From: Eledone cirrhosa
Taxonomy: Eukaryota
Direction: 5' to 3'
DNA: 64,000 nucleotides
Assembly (NCBI GenBank): GCA_964016885.1
Contig: OZ024740.1
Span: 393,700,001 to 393,764,000, forward strand
This document shows, piece after piece, positions 1 to 12,936 of this stretch. A program made the translations under genes and the position numbers. Each line of letters begins with the position of its first letter. The stretch's first letter is position 1. The notes under the pieces were generated by a model. It was not told where the DNA came from. It worked only from the letters and a program-made list of their open reading frames with translations, and ran no database searches.

Positions 1-324
1 AAAGAGTGAATGGATATGAATGGGACAAGACAAAGAATAAGCGAGAGGTGGGGTGAGGTAGCAAACACTGTTGGTATATTCAGGAACATTTATTTCAGAA
101 ATGGTAGATTCTCTGGCAAAATGCCTTGCAGTATCTTACATTCTGAGTTCAAATCCTGCTGAGGTCAACTTTGCCTATTATCCTTCCATAAAGCAGCAAT
201 CTAGGACAGTGGGCTGGTGGAGCATCAGTTAGGATGTCTTATAGTATTTGTTGTTTTTTTGTTTTGTTTTTTATTAAAAAGAAAAAAAAAAAATGTTCTG
301 CTCTGGTCCATATAAGAAAAAGAT

Positions 325-659
325 GGCACATGGCTTAGTGGTTAGAGCATTGGCCTTGCAATCGAAAGGTTGTGAGTTCAATTCTCAGACTGGGTGATGT
401 GTTGTTTCCTTGAGCAAGACACTTTATTTCACATTGCTCCAGTTTACTCAGCTGTAGAAATGAGATGATAGGGACTGGGGTCCCTATCATTCCACTGCAA
501 AGTGGTCGTGGAGGTGCCACGGCAAAAAAGCACCCAGCACTCACTGTAAATGAGGTTGGTGTTAGGAAGGGCATCCAGCTGTAGAAATCAAGCCAGAATC
601 AGTTCCCGTCCCACCCTTGCAAGCAGGGAAAGGTGGACGTAAAATGAAATGAAATGAAG
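325..659 (+). mobile_element. tRNA-derived SINE family A, copy 1
   Basis: tRNA-like head with A box (TGGCTTAGTGG) and B box (GAGTTCAATTC), a CCTTGAGCAAGACACTTT core, and a tail GGACGTAAAATG+(ATG/AAATG)n shared with the RTE LINE 3' end. Near-identical copies occur elsewhere in the window. Confidence 0.85.
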
Positions 660-981
660 ACATTATATAATGTTTAACTATTCTGAATTCAAGTATCCCA
701 ATCCCAACTTCATTTTATATTCCTTCAGAAAATAAAATAAATACAATGAAAAGAACTGACTGGCTATAAGAGTTATAGGACTTACTAACACGTAGGTCTT
801 GTGTCTAGACATTTTGTCATTGTTTAACCCCAGGTCAGTCATGATCAAGTGGACCTACACATATAATCAAAGGTGTTTCAGTTATAACCAACCCATTTTT
901 TAAAAAAATCATTGTGCACCTCAAACTAAGTTATTATCCATTGTGTCCTTTCCAGTTTTGAAATGTTAGTGTGTTATTTAA

Positions 982-1202
982 CCCTTTAGCATTTGCATTA
1001 TTCTATATATACTATTGTATTTTTGTGGTAAAGGCTTTATCTTACATAATTATCTCACATAATATCGAATCTACGAGATTTTGATGTTATTTATTTTAAG
1101 AACAATACCTTAACGTCAGTATGAGCAGCCAGTTATGGCCAGTTTCAGCAGAGAGAGGTGAGAGAATTCTGGCTGGATACGGCCAGTTTAAATGCTAAAG
1201 GG
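982..1202. mobile_element. piggyBac-type MITE (TTAA target)
   Basis: TIRs CCCTTTAGCATTT / AAATGCTAAAGGG, with TTAA on both sides (978-981 and 1203-1206). Confidence 0.85.
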
Positions 1203-4200
1203 TTAAGGGAAATTTGGCTGCTATTTCCAGCAGCTCCATTTAACAACATAGAGGTTCAATCATTGCTGTGAGAGTCAGAAAGTATTTTAAGCTGGTGTAT
1301 TTTTGTACCTTGATTGGAGGAGCCAAGGCTTTGAATTACAGCAGTTTGTACTAATGTTACAGATGGTGTGATCACTACACTAAAGTTCATTAGATTGTGA
1401 AAGCTGCCATTTATGTTTATTTAAGGAAGTTTATTATCTCTCATCTGCTTAATGCTATGGGTGAGAGAGACTATGTAGCTACAATCTGGCTCTTAAAAAA
1501 TAACTTTGCCAACTGAAGACATTTGCTTTTACATTCAGATAAGAAATTATGACTGTTGAATGACACTAACTTAGATCAAGAGGATATCTCACAACAGATT
1601 TTTCTGAATGTCCATTTTGTGTAATATATGAAATGAGCATTAGCTTATCTTTATTTTCATGAGGTTATTAATGTTTAGCACTAACTCAGCTCTCATCAAG
1701 TTGACCCATGGCCTGAAAGTTTTCCAGCCATGACTGTCCAATCATTTTTTTTTTCTTTTTAAACTCAGCCTTACCTTCTTTTTTAAAGATTGTATGAGGC
1801 AGATTTAGTTGCTGAGAGATGCATTCAGAGAAGTGAACTCTCACAAGGATTAAGAAATTGAGAGACATCTTTTTACCACTTAGAGGATGATGGCCATGTC
1901 CATGATCCTTTTTAGGGCCTCAGATTGTTAGGAGAGAGAGAGAGATAAGAAAGCATCTTCAAACTAGTGACCTGGTCTGGGTGTTTGCAGCAGAGTGGAC
2001 TCTGTAAAAGTCATTTCTGTGGGCCAGGTGGTGGCATTAAATTAGATGACAGGTTAAATCTACCCCAAATAGAGCTCAGCAAGATTTGAACTTACAACTT
2101 AAAGAGCCAAATGAAGTACCACAAGGCATTTTGTTCTCTGCTCTAATGATTTCAGTTAGCTGTCTATATATATCTCATTAGAAGAAAAAGAATAGTCTTT
2201 GCCCACTGTCAGTACTTTAGTGATATTTTATGAACCAGTAATCCAACAGGAACAAACCTACAGAAGATTTGGTCAACAGCTGTTCTCCCCCTCTCTCTCT
2301 CTTCTTTTCATCCCCTTTTTCTTTCTCATTTTCAACAGACACAGACATCCAAAATAAATAAGCCAGCAAATGAATGTAGAAACAAATAAACAAAAAACTA
2401 ATCAGACACAAGAAAGAGAGATACATTAATCATAGACATATTGAGATCTCTGGGGTAAAGAAACAAAACCCTCAACATTACTAGTAAGTAAATTTACACG
2501 TATGGTTTAGTTAGTGGTTATGGGCTACTAACTATATACACATGTACAAATGAAAGAAAGCAGCACTCAATACATCCTGTGAAGGTTAAATTTGCTTTAA
2601 TAATTTGTGACATAGATTTGTATTAGATATACAGATGCAGGTCTAATCATTTGGGACAGAGAAAACTCTACCACCTGCCCCATTTTATTTGGAGACTTCA
2701 TGATCAGAGGTACTGGGTTGAACAGTATAACTTGAAGCCTTCTCAATAAGGCCACTCCATAGGCACTCAGAGCATACATCTGCCATATTTGTTTCAGTGA
2801 GAAGCTGCATGTTTTGCAACAGGCCACTGAATCTTAAAACATGATGACAGAGCTTCCATACTACTCCCACCGTTGGTTTCCGGTTAATTAATTTTAAGCC
2901 TTTAATTATTGACATTATTCCATAATTTTTACTAAAATTTTAAATTTTGCTGGAATTTCTAAAAGAAAGAAAGAGACTCACATATCTATTGCACTAGAGT
3001 CGTCCCCATTAAGTAACCATCTACTGGTCCTTATTTGGAGTTACTGTCATCATAAATGTATTGGAAGGTCACGTTTTGCAAGTACACCCCAATTTTGACA
3101 TGGTTTCTATGACTGGACGTACTTCTTTACACCAACCCCTCAACAGAGTGTACAAAGTACATTTTATAATGGAATCAGCACTATAAAGGTTGAAATGTTT
3201 TCAACAAGACTAAAGAAGCCTTTTCACCTCATATTGTCTCCAGCTGATCAGTAACCAATTTAGAGTGTGCTGAGTTCTTTGACTCTGTTTTTTTCTACCA
3301 ATTGATCTTACTTTCTGGAGTCAATGACATGTTAGAAATAGAAACCAAATTCTGAAATCACATCACACAGAGCCTTAAAAAGACACCTTGGATGATGTAG
3401 TTTTATGTATACCCTGAAAAACACAGGATGGCCAAAACTGGAACACATATGGTCAGGTCTCTTATTCCTTTCATTTTCAATGTCTCTCTCCCCCTCCTCC
3501 TTCCAACATACACACACATCTTTCTCAGATTATTCTCATCTTAGTTGGTCTTGGTCCCTTTTTCTCCACATGTCTTTCTAGTTAACACTCATACAATCTC
3601 ATTTTCTCACTCTGACATATTCTATTTCTCAGGTTATACCTATCAGCTCTTTTATCTCTCTCTCTAATTTAACCTTTCCTGTCTTTCACACATCTCTATC
3701 TCTATATCTCAAATTCTTAGCTACCCAAGCTGTCATACTCCACTGCCATCACCATAACTCTCACCTCTACTCTTCTCACTACCAACATCACTGACTCAAT
3801 ATCAACATCAATACACCCACCAGTATCAAAGTCACTACCTTCTTAACTATCCACCACTGCTACCATTATCATCGCCACAACCAGAAGTACCACTGTTGTC
3901 ACCACTACATCAACACTGCCACCTCTATCATCTCCCCCCCCCCCATACACAGTGGTGCTAACATATATACAAATAAATATACACACCCTCCAATGCACAC
4001 AAACCACCACTACCAACCCAGTTCCTTAGTTTCTTCTTTTGTTTGTTTTTGTTTTATTTATTGTTCCTTTATCTTTAATAGATATGCTGGCCTCATTCAT
4101 CAACCTAATTGAAATTACAATTGCTAAGATACCAGTTGCAAGAAATGATCCCCAGAAAACCTCCATATGGGTTAATTGACCTGCTAGAAAGAATGGTCAT

Positions 4201-4374
4201 ACTAAGAAAATAAAGGTCAGATTGGACAATGTGTAGTCAAATATTTTTATAAAGCTGAAATAGTCACAGCTAGAATACCTCATAGATTAACTCAATTAAG
4301 ACACTGACCTAGATCTGAACAATAAAATCACACTTTAAATAGCAACAATTACAAACACACACACAGATAATAAT

Positions 4375-4580
4375 TATGAAGACCAAAATCTGAAGAGGGC
4401 TCAATAAGGATCATGTATATAAAACATATATAGATATATAAAAACCCGTAGAACAAATATTTATTATTATTACAGATTAAAGTTTAAGCTTCACCCTTTT
4501 ATAGGATCTTCTGAAGATCCTATAAAAGGGTGAATGCAGCGACTCTTTGCTTAAACTTTAACCTGTATTAATAATAAAAT
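4375..4580. repeat. Hairpin-forming repeat, same family as 44751-44975 (probable PLE-derived inverted end)
   Basis: Inverted arms centred on ATCTTCTGAAGAT. The sequence matches the reverse complement of 44825-44975. Confidence 0.6.
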
Positions 4581-4769
4581 ATATATATATATCATCATCA
4601 TCATCAACATCGTTTAACTTGCATTTTCCAAGCTAGCATGGGTGAGGTGGGTTGTCATGTTATGAGACAAGACAGGTCAGGAGACCATGTCTTTTTTATA
4701 CAGATCTGTATTTTGGCTCGGTTTCTATGGCTGGATGCTCTTCCTAATATGATGTAGAAAATATTCCAC

Positions 4770-5105
4770 AACGTTGCCCAAATGATATTGGCATCATCTT
4801 TAAAATACATCTAAGGCTTGGGCCCTGAGCTACCCACCCACAACAAAAATCAAACTCACATCTCATAACAACATTACGGCACAATTATTTCACCTTAATT
4901 GGTCCCACTCTCTTTATCATTACACCAAAACACTTAAAAACAGAAACAGATCCCATAGAATTAAAAAAGTCTTTGAACAAATTTCTCCAAGAAATCCTGG
5001 ACAAACCTCCTATACCTGGGTATGTCTCCGTAAACAAAAACTCTATACTTGAGTGGGCCATGGTGTTCAAATCCCGATTTCAAAGACTTCACAGGGGGTG
5101 CTATT
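4770..5105 (+). mobile_element. 3' fragment of a CR1/L2-group LINE
   Basis: Degenerate translation ...IELKKSLNKFLQEILDKPPIPGYVSVNKNSILEW resembles the C-terminal FK..LDKFL..IPD.P...NS motif of CR1-group ORF2. Confidence 0.5.
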
Positions 5106-5289
5106 ATACACACACACACAAATATATATATATATATATATATATACATGGAGGAATTTGTAATTTATTTGAAGCATTGTGTATAAAGTTTGAAAGTCAC
5201 GACAATCTGAAATGGACGAATAAATAGGTGTTGTGTGTTTTACCTTTATTTATACAAATAAATTAAGGTCAAACTTTATATATATATAT

Positions 5290-6036
5290 ATAGTTTTGCG
5301 AGGATTTTATATGAAATCGTGTGTCGAAACAAATATTGTTATACTTGGTCAGTGGTGCTCTAATGTTTCCTCCAGTTGCATTGTATTTTCTACGCCATCT
5401 TTATTTAGTCTGTTTATATATTTATTTGTCTATTTTATTTTGTCTTCTTTGCGCATGCGTTTGCGTGTGTGTATAGTGTTTTGTTTGATGTGTGTTCATG
5501 ATTGGGTGACTGTGTATTGGTTAATGTATTCTATCTTTACTAGTGTGTGTTGTTATTGTGCTTGTGTATGAATTTATTTATTTATTTATCTATTTATTTA
5601 TTTATACTTCTCTTAGGTCAGTGTTGTTTGTTTGGGTGTTGTTGTCATTCCATTCATTCTTTCTGTTTAGCCTTGGCCTTCTAAGTTCTATTTCACTGGC
5701 CTCTCTGATTTGCCTATCTGCTGGGTCATTTCTATGTATAGATATTATTCTAATTTCTATGTTACCGTCGTGTTGTTGTCTGGCATGTTCGTATAGTACC
5801 ACTGACGATGTTGCAGATGTGCAACGAAAGAACTTTGATAAACTATATATATGTGTTTGTGTCTATATTGTATCTGTATTTTTGACCGTTGCTCAGTCAA
5901 TGGCAACATTGAGGACCGAATAAATTAGATTACCGATATAAAAGACACAGAAGCGAAAAGCGAAAACCAACCAAACAGTGAGTGTGTTCTGTTATTAATT
6001 CTGGCAATATTACACAAATATATCCCTCCCCAAGTA

Positions 6037-6042
<6 letters not shown>
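5290..6042. mobile_element. Truncated Penelope-like element with inverted pLTR
   Basis: 5290-5798 matches the 3' end of the PLE at 45001-45730 (GIY-YIG C-terminus, minus strand). It then inverts to a plus-strand pLTR (5793-6042). Both flanks are (TA)n. Confidence 0.85.
5793..5846 (+). ncRNA. Minimal type I hammerhead ribozyme motif in a PLE pLTR
   Basis: CUGACGA-U-GUUGCA(GAUG)UGCAAC-GAAA-G(AA)C-UU, with an imperfect stem I. Homologous copies at 43204-43256 (+) and 45241-45292 (-) have core mutations. Confidence 0.6.
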
Positions 6043-6074
<32 letters not shown>

Positions 6075-6079
<5 letters not shown>

Positions 6080-6520
6080 TTAAAGCATATGATAAACACG
6101 AAATGTGTTTACATTGCAACAGACAAAGTTAGCTATTAATGAAATAAACTAATAAAAGTGAATACAATTTGTCTGTCTCGATACAAGTCAATAAAGACAA
6201 GCTTATATTGGCAACGGCCGATTTGGATATTTCACTCTTTTATTTCTATTCCATTTCGATTCTCTTTATTTTTCAATTCACATTCCACCGTTGCGAAACT
6301 TATTTGGGTTTCGAGGTTCAAATTCGTCTACAGAACAGGTTTGAATTTTGAAATTTAAATATGTCCAGGAATCATGGCCGTTGCCAATATAAGCTTGTCT
6401 TTATTGACTTGTATCGAGACAGACAAATTGTATTCACTTTTATTAGTTTATTTCATTAATAGCTAACTTTGCCTGTTGCAATGTAAACACATTTCGTGTT
6501 TATCATATGCTTTAAATGTA
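6075..6520. repeat. Element with ~145-bp near-perfect inverted arms (MITE or inverted retro-insertion)
   Basis: 6075-6220 is the reverse complement of about 6375-6520, with TA at both ends. Confidence 0.75.
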
Positions 6521-6588
6521 TTTAACTGCTCGGAAGAGCCCCTTCCTGGAGCTTAATTATTGTAAACGACTGAGAGTTTATTCTCAAA

Positions 6589-6636
<48 letters not shown>

Positions 6637-6639
6637 GAA

Positions 6640-7118
6640 ATACACTCCCGTCCCACTACCCACACCCCATCCACACCACCCCCTTAAATGTGAAGTTATG
6701 TTGGTACCACAACATCCAGTCCGAAACAAATGAGGTCATGTAGGTGTCACGACAAACAAAAAACACACAGTCCATGCTGTAATGTGGCCGTGTAGGTAAC
6801 ATGGTAAAAACCTCCCAGTACACACTGTAAACGTGGTTGGTGTTGGGAAGGGCATCCAATAGTAGAAAACCCACCAGATGTGTAGGTGTCACGACAAAAA
6901 AACACACAGTCCACGCTGTAATGTGGCCATGTAGGTAACACGGTAAAAACCTCCCAGTCCACACTGTAAACTTGGTTGGTGTTAGGAAGGGCCTCCAGCT
7001 GTAGAAAACCCGCCAGACAGTCCTATACAAGCAGGACAACCAATCTTGCCTCAGGTGGGAAACTCCCGTCCAAACCCATGCAAGCGTGGAAGATGGACGT
7101 TAAATGATGATGATGATG
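6640..7118 (+). mobile_element. Non-autonomous RTE-3'-end-related element
   Basis: Modules CACACTGTAAA...GTTAGGAAGGGCATCC and tail CCATGCAAGCGTGGAAGATGGACGTTAAATGATGATG. Related copies at 11085-11421, 28350-28880, 33590-33864 and 34520-34760 (-). Confidence 0.7.
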
Positions 7119-7121
7119 AAT

Positions 7122-7420
7122 GGAGGCACATGGCTTAGTGGTTAGAGCATTGGGCTTGCAATCGAAAGGTTGTGAGTTCAATTCTCAGACTCGGTGATGT
7201 GTTGTTTCCTTGAGCAAGACACTTTATTTCACATTGCTCCAGTTTACTCAGCTGTAGAAATGCTGCAAACTGGTCGTGGAGGTGCCACGGAAAAAAAAAC
7301 ACACAGACCTCACTGTAAATGAGGTTGGTGTTAGGAAGGACATCCAACTGTAGAAATCAAGCCAGAATCAGTTCCCATCCCACCCTTGCAAGCAGGGAAA
7401 AGCGGACATAAAATGATGAT
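7122..7420 (+). mobile_element. SINE family A, copy 2 (internal deletion)
   Basis: Same head and tail as 325-659. Confidence 0.85.
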
Positions 7421-7762
7421 TATATATATATATATAGGAAAAGAGTCAGGACCCCTACGGCTGAGCTCTGGCCGTTTCTACAGCTAGATTTGAACTAAAC
7501 CAGCAGTATTAGAACGGCAGGAATCTAGCTGAACTTATCAAGGGGTACAGTCCATATATGGGCATGCAGTCAAAACAAAAAAAAATCAGAAATGTCAAAG
7601 CAAATAATCCTAAAAATTTGTTGTTTTTCTTGTCTGTCACAAGGGGTGGTCAATGATCTGGGATGTCATGCACATGGTTAAATTCCTTCATAGCAGTGGG
7701 AGAGGGGAGGGGGCTGAACTGGCACAAAGAACAAAAGGGAGGGAGTAGGAGGACAGTCTGAC

Positions 7763-7812
<50 letters not shown>

Positions 7813-7813
<1 letters not shown>

Positions 7814-8800
7814 TTAAGAATGTAGGATTCACATGCAGCAGCTGTGCTGAAACAGCAAGCAAACAGCCACAGGAAACAAGTACCACCAATCTCTGGGAGG
7901 GCCCTGTAGAAACAGTAGACAGCTTCTGCTACCTAGGTGACCGAATTAGCAACGGAGGTGGGTGCTCAGAAAGTACAATAACTAGGGTAAGAACGGGATG
8001 GAAGAAGTTTAGGGAACTACTACCACTGCTAGCTGCAAAAGGCTTCTCCCTCAGAATGAAAGGCAGACTGTATGATGCGTGTATCCGAACAGCGATGTTG
8101 CATGGTAGTGAGACCTGGGCGCTGAAGGTGGAAGACTTACGTAGATTAGAGAGAAACGAAGCCTGCATGCTCCGATGGATGTGTAACAGTAATATACGTG
8201 AACGACAAAGCATAAATGAATTGAGAGAGAGACTGAGCATAAGAGGAATCAAATGCTGCGTGCAGGAGAGGCGGTTACGCTGGTATGGACATGTGATGCG
8301 TATGAAGGATGACAGCTGCATAAAAAGGTGCAGAGCACTAGAAGTTGATGGAAACTGCGGAGTGGGGAGACCCAAGATGACTTGGGATGAGGTGATAAAA
8401 GCCGACCTTACCCAACTACACCTCTCAAAGTCAATGACACACGACCGTGACTTCTGGCGTCACGCAGTAATACAGGGTACCCGACCTCCCATGGGTACAA
8501 GCTGAAGCATATAAACAATATGCCCCCACTCCCCCCACCGTAAGTGGAGGTACCACGGCAAAAAAGCACCCAGCCCACACTGTAAAGTGGACGTGTAGGC
8601 GCCACGAAAAAGCACCCAGCACTCACTGTAAATGAGGTTGGTGTTAGGAAGGGCATCCAGCTGTAGAAATCAAGCCAGATCAGTTCCTGTATGAGCAAGG
8701 CATGGTCAGCCGACCAGACACTGCCCACAACAGGACAACCCGTCTAACCCATGCTAGCGTGGAAGAACGGACGTAAAACGGTGATGATGATGATGATGAT
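7813..8800 (+). mobile_element. 5'-truncated RTE-clade LINE (end of RT/thumb ORF 7813-8505 plus 3' UTR)
   Basis: VDSFCYLGD...GWKKFRELLPLL...KGRLY.ACIRTAMLHGSETW...RRLRWYGHVMR...GRPKMTW are typical RTE C-terminal motifs. It has an (ATG)n tail and (TA)n on both flanks. Confidence 0.9.
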
Positions 8801-8899
8801 ATATATATATATATACAGATGGACTTTCCTGTTGATTTCAACATGCAGATCTGAACAACCTATTCAGTTCGGCTGTTTATGTCAGGCATATTTTAGACC

Positions 8900-9600
8900 T
8901 GCCAAGGATTTGCAAGCAGCTTGACAAGGATGGGTTATACTGGATAATGTTGCTGGTATGCTTGATAATACTTTTCTCTTTCCTCTTGTTTCTTGTAGCC
9001 TATGGATACAACCGGGTACATAGTTTCTGATCCCATTATAACACAGTATTACAGTTCTACTGCAAGGCCACATGCTCAAATGTCTCATAAGGTATATTGG
9101 TTGCTGAAAGATTATTCTTCAGCTTGTCTTAGAATATGAGCCATGTACAAGCTGGCTATACATCAGAACTTTTGGTATTCTTTTGTTACTTATTCTGATG
9201 AAATGACCAGCCCAGCATAGTTGCGTTCTCATAAGGAAAGTTTCAATGCCTCCAATCTTGCATTTAGTGAAGAGGTCAGCATTAGATATTTTGTCTTCGA
9301 GTATGTACTTTTATGAAAGATATCTAGCTGGGTGATGTGTGACCTATATGGAGTTCAAAATTCTGATACATAGAGTGTGATCAGTACAACAGCTATATAA
9401 ACCTATATGTTAGTGTCCAGTTTTATGCCCATCTTATTCCAAAGGCAATGGCAGAGCTTGCCAAATACATTTGTGGCTTCCCTATACAATTAATTATCTC
9501 ATCATCAAGAGATGCATTTCAGTTCACCTTACTGCCAAGATATGTGAATGATTTAACAAACTTGGGATGCTTCCTACTGACCTTTATAAGGATATCTAGG
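8900..9600 (-). mobile_element. Degenerate RTE (BovB-like) LINE fragment
   Basis: The minus strand gives VKSFTYLGS and LMRTQLCWAGHFIRISNKRIPKVLMYSQL, with stops. Confidence 0.65.
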
Positions 9601-10040
9601 AACTGATGAACTGGCATATACACAATAATTGTAATATGTGCATACATACTCATATTAAAGATATCCACGAGAAGCTTAATCAAACAGATGTCTTCTAACA
9701 CCCCAGATATATACATATACAACACTTGCATATAACATGCACAAAAATATAAAGAATACATATGTAATCATGTTTTCACACATCCACTTACATAACAAAT
9801 ATATAACTAATACACATACACACTTACATAACAAATATATAACTAATACACATACACACATAAAACATCTTTGACAATTATATATTTCTGATGCTGAAAA
9901 TATGCAATTGCTTACAATAATGACTACTGGCCTAGTTGATAGGATGTTGGACTCACAACCATTCGGTTGTGGGTTCAATTTCTTCATCAGGGCATATGTT
10001 GTGTTTTTAAGCAAGATGCTTAATTTCATATTGCTTTTCA

Positions 10041-10223
10041 TAATTGTTTCTACTTTAGGCACAAGGCCAGCAATTACCCAGTGCATTACTGGTACTTTAT
10101 TTTATCGACCCCGTAAGGATGAAAGGCAAAGTCAACCTCGGCGGGATTTGAACTCAGATCGTAAAGGGATGTAACTATGCTGGAAAGCATGGCATCCGAC
10201 CCTCTACCGATACTGCCAATCCA
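10041..10223 (-). mobile_element. SINE family B (Meta-domain-like core)
   Basis: Reverse complement of 32252-32440. Core GAGGTTGACTTTGCCTTTCATCCTTACGGGGTCGATAAAATAAAGTACC resembles the MetaSINE core as I recall it. Further minus-strand copies at 13950-14138, 27073-27254 and 34187-34377. Confidence 0.75.
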
Positions 10224-11596
10224 CATAATGGGACTGGGTTTGTTATTAAAACACTCAAGAAACTTCATATGAGATGCAACCTTGTAGGAGGCCAGCTAAA
10301 CCTGCATAGAGATGAGCTGTCACAACCATTTTTCTTTTTAATCCCCCTACTAAAACTAGAAATATCAGCCAAATCTCTCTAAAATTAATCACTACCATCT
10401 CATATAAAGTAGAATACATTGTATAATGTAGCCCACCAGCACATATATACAAAAAGATGAGCTACTCACAGCTGAAATATCTTTGTTCAGGGCTGAGCTG
10501 GAGCTAAGCAATAACAGCATAGAGCTAGATGGCATAACAGGAACTGAAATGAGTACTACAGTTTTAAAGAGCAGCAGCTGCTATCTATACCTGTGGATTG
10601 CACAATCATACGTTAACTACTCAATTAGTGAGAGCTAAGTCTCCTGTCTTGGGCAGAGAAATAAACTAGAGTATAGGTGACAGACTTAATAACTGTTGAC
10701 CCTTAGGTCGTTTGTCCAGTAACCTTAGGTTTTTTGTCCAGTTGTAGCTTCTCAATTAAAAACATACATGTACAATATATATAATTTTTGGAAACCTTTA
10801 AGTGAAAAATAGAAAACAAAACAGTGCCAGGTAATGGTTAGCAATTATCAATGGAAACAGGTTTTAAAAAATTGAGAAAAAATTCTCAAATAATGTGTTG
10901 TGGAAAGATCAGTATGATTTTCATCCTAAACAGGGGACAAATATGCGTATGTACATATTTAGAATTAAAATTAGCTACAAGAAATAACTGAAGTGAGGCC
11001 AATAACATGTTATTGGCCTACCCTTCAGTTATTTCTTAGATCTTATACATACCCTTAGTCACCTCTAACAAAAATACAGCCCGGCCCCACTACCCACACC
11101 CCATCCACACAACCCCTTCCAATATAAAGTTATGTTGGTGCCACAACATCCAGTCCGAAACAAATGAGGTCGTGTAGGTGTCACGACAAAAAAACACAGT
11201 CCACGCTGTAATGTGGCCGTGTAGGTAACACGGTAAAAACCTCCCAGTCCACACTGTAAACGTGGTTGGTGTTAGGAAGGGCATCCAGCCGTAGAAAACC
11301 CACCAGACAGTCCTATACGAGCAAGACAAGCAATCTTGCCTCAAGTGGGAAAATTCCCGTCCAAACCCATGCTAGCGTGGAAGATGGACGTTAAACAATG
11401 ATGATGATGATGATGATGATGAAATCTGTAACAAACACAATCACACAGATCCTTTGCCCACCTTCCCTCCACACACACACAGCTAGTAATGGCTGAACTG
11501 CATTTGATCACAAGTCTGCTCTATCAGTGTTGACCTGGGACTAAACAACAACAATGCATACACACACTTATAAACATACTCACACACACACATATA

Positions 11597-12894
11597 CAGG
11601 GTGTGGATGATATTTGTTCGCAATTTTCAACTGCTAATTTTATGCAAATTTTTTTTACTTCCGTTGTCACTCTTGTCTTCATAAAAACAGTGACTATATT
11701 TCCATTATTTATTTTCAGAATAATTGATTATGAATAATTTTGAACCTCCAAATTTGTGGAAGAGACAGAGTTCTTCTTGGAATCCGTGCCAGGAGGACAA
11801 ATAAGGAAATTTCAGACTTTCTCAGCATCAGCAGGAGAATGGTGGAAAAGGTCAGAAAGGAATTGGAAGATTCAGGATTCGACTATGAAGCAACATCAGA
11901 GAGGAAAACACATGATCGACGATCTGACGCCTTCAGAACGCCTGAGTTCGTCACTGAAGTTCAGGATATCATCAACAATGAACCTAGCAAGTCGATGCAT
12001 GCCATTGCAAGGGAGAAAGGCGTGGATGAAAAGCTCATTAGGCTGGTGGTACATGAAGACATTCGCTACGTTTCATACAAGATGAGGAAAGGACAATTTC
12101 TGTCAAAGGTGATGCAAGATAAGTAACTGAAGCACGCAAGGAAGCTGATCAACAAGTTGAAACACCCACTGGAGCCAGACATGTGGTTTTTCTTCAACGA
12201 GAAAAACTTCTGCCAAGACCAGAAGATCAACTCCCAGAACAACAGGTGGCTCGCTGTCTCATCCAAAGATGTGCCCAGAGTCATGCAGACAAAGTTTCCA
12301 GCGACAACATTGCTCTTAGGTGACGTCATGCCACCTCATGCAGTCAAGGTGACGTCATGCCACCTCACTTCTTCCTTGAGAGCTTCAAGCTGAACACCAA
12401 TGGCTACATCCGTGTTCTGAGCGAGGTAGTAAAGCCCTGGATCGACCAGGTAGCTGCAGGTAGGCCGTACGTGTGGCAGCAAGACACAGCACCCTGCCAT
12501 ACCAGCCGAAAGACCCAAGCCTGGCTGTCAGAACTTCGTCGACCACACTTCACCTGACATCTGGCCTCCCAGCTCGCCTGACTGCAACCCCCTCGACTTC
12601 TTTGTGTGGGGCACAGTGGAACGAGATACCAACAGATCTAGCTGCAATATGAAAGACGATCTGAAGGCCAGGATCACAAGTGCCTTTAGGGGCCTAAGTC
12701 GGGAGACAGTAACAAAGGCCTGTAGCCGGTTCCGAGGCCGCCTTGAGGCCGTCATCAAAGCCAATGGCGGGTTTATCGAGTTAGGTCAAAAGAACAAGAC
12801 ATGAAGACAAACTGACCCAAGCTTGATAAATATATCTTAAAAAATAAATTTTTCCTAGACAGTAATCTTGCGAACAAATATCGTCCGCACCCTG
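11597..12894 (+). mobile_element. Tc1/mariner superfamily DNA transposon, DD37D (maT/Bmmar1-like), with disrupted transposase
   Basis: 27-bp TIRs CAGGGTGTGGATGATATTTGTTCGCAA / TTGCGAACAAATATCGTCCGCACCCTG and a TA target duplication. Transposase pieces FFNEKNF, WQQDTAPCH and WPPSSPDCNPLD are present, with 37 residues between the 2nd and 3rd D after correcting one frameshift. In-frame stop and frameshifts are present. Confidence 0.92.
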
Positions 12895-12896
12895 TA

Positions 12897-12936
<40 letters not shown>

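Noticed and set aside
325-400. tRNA gene (also at 7122, 15134, 24083 and 51231)
   Set aside because: The acceptor and anticodon stems are imperfect and the sequence continues into a SINE body, so these are SINE heads.
2597-3517. Candidate downstream TMEM135 exons (also 18147-18350 and 15855-16305)
   Set aside because: None resembles the expected TMEM135 motifs, and candidate AG/GT-bounded segments contain stops in the frames I checked.
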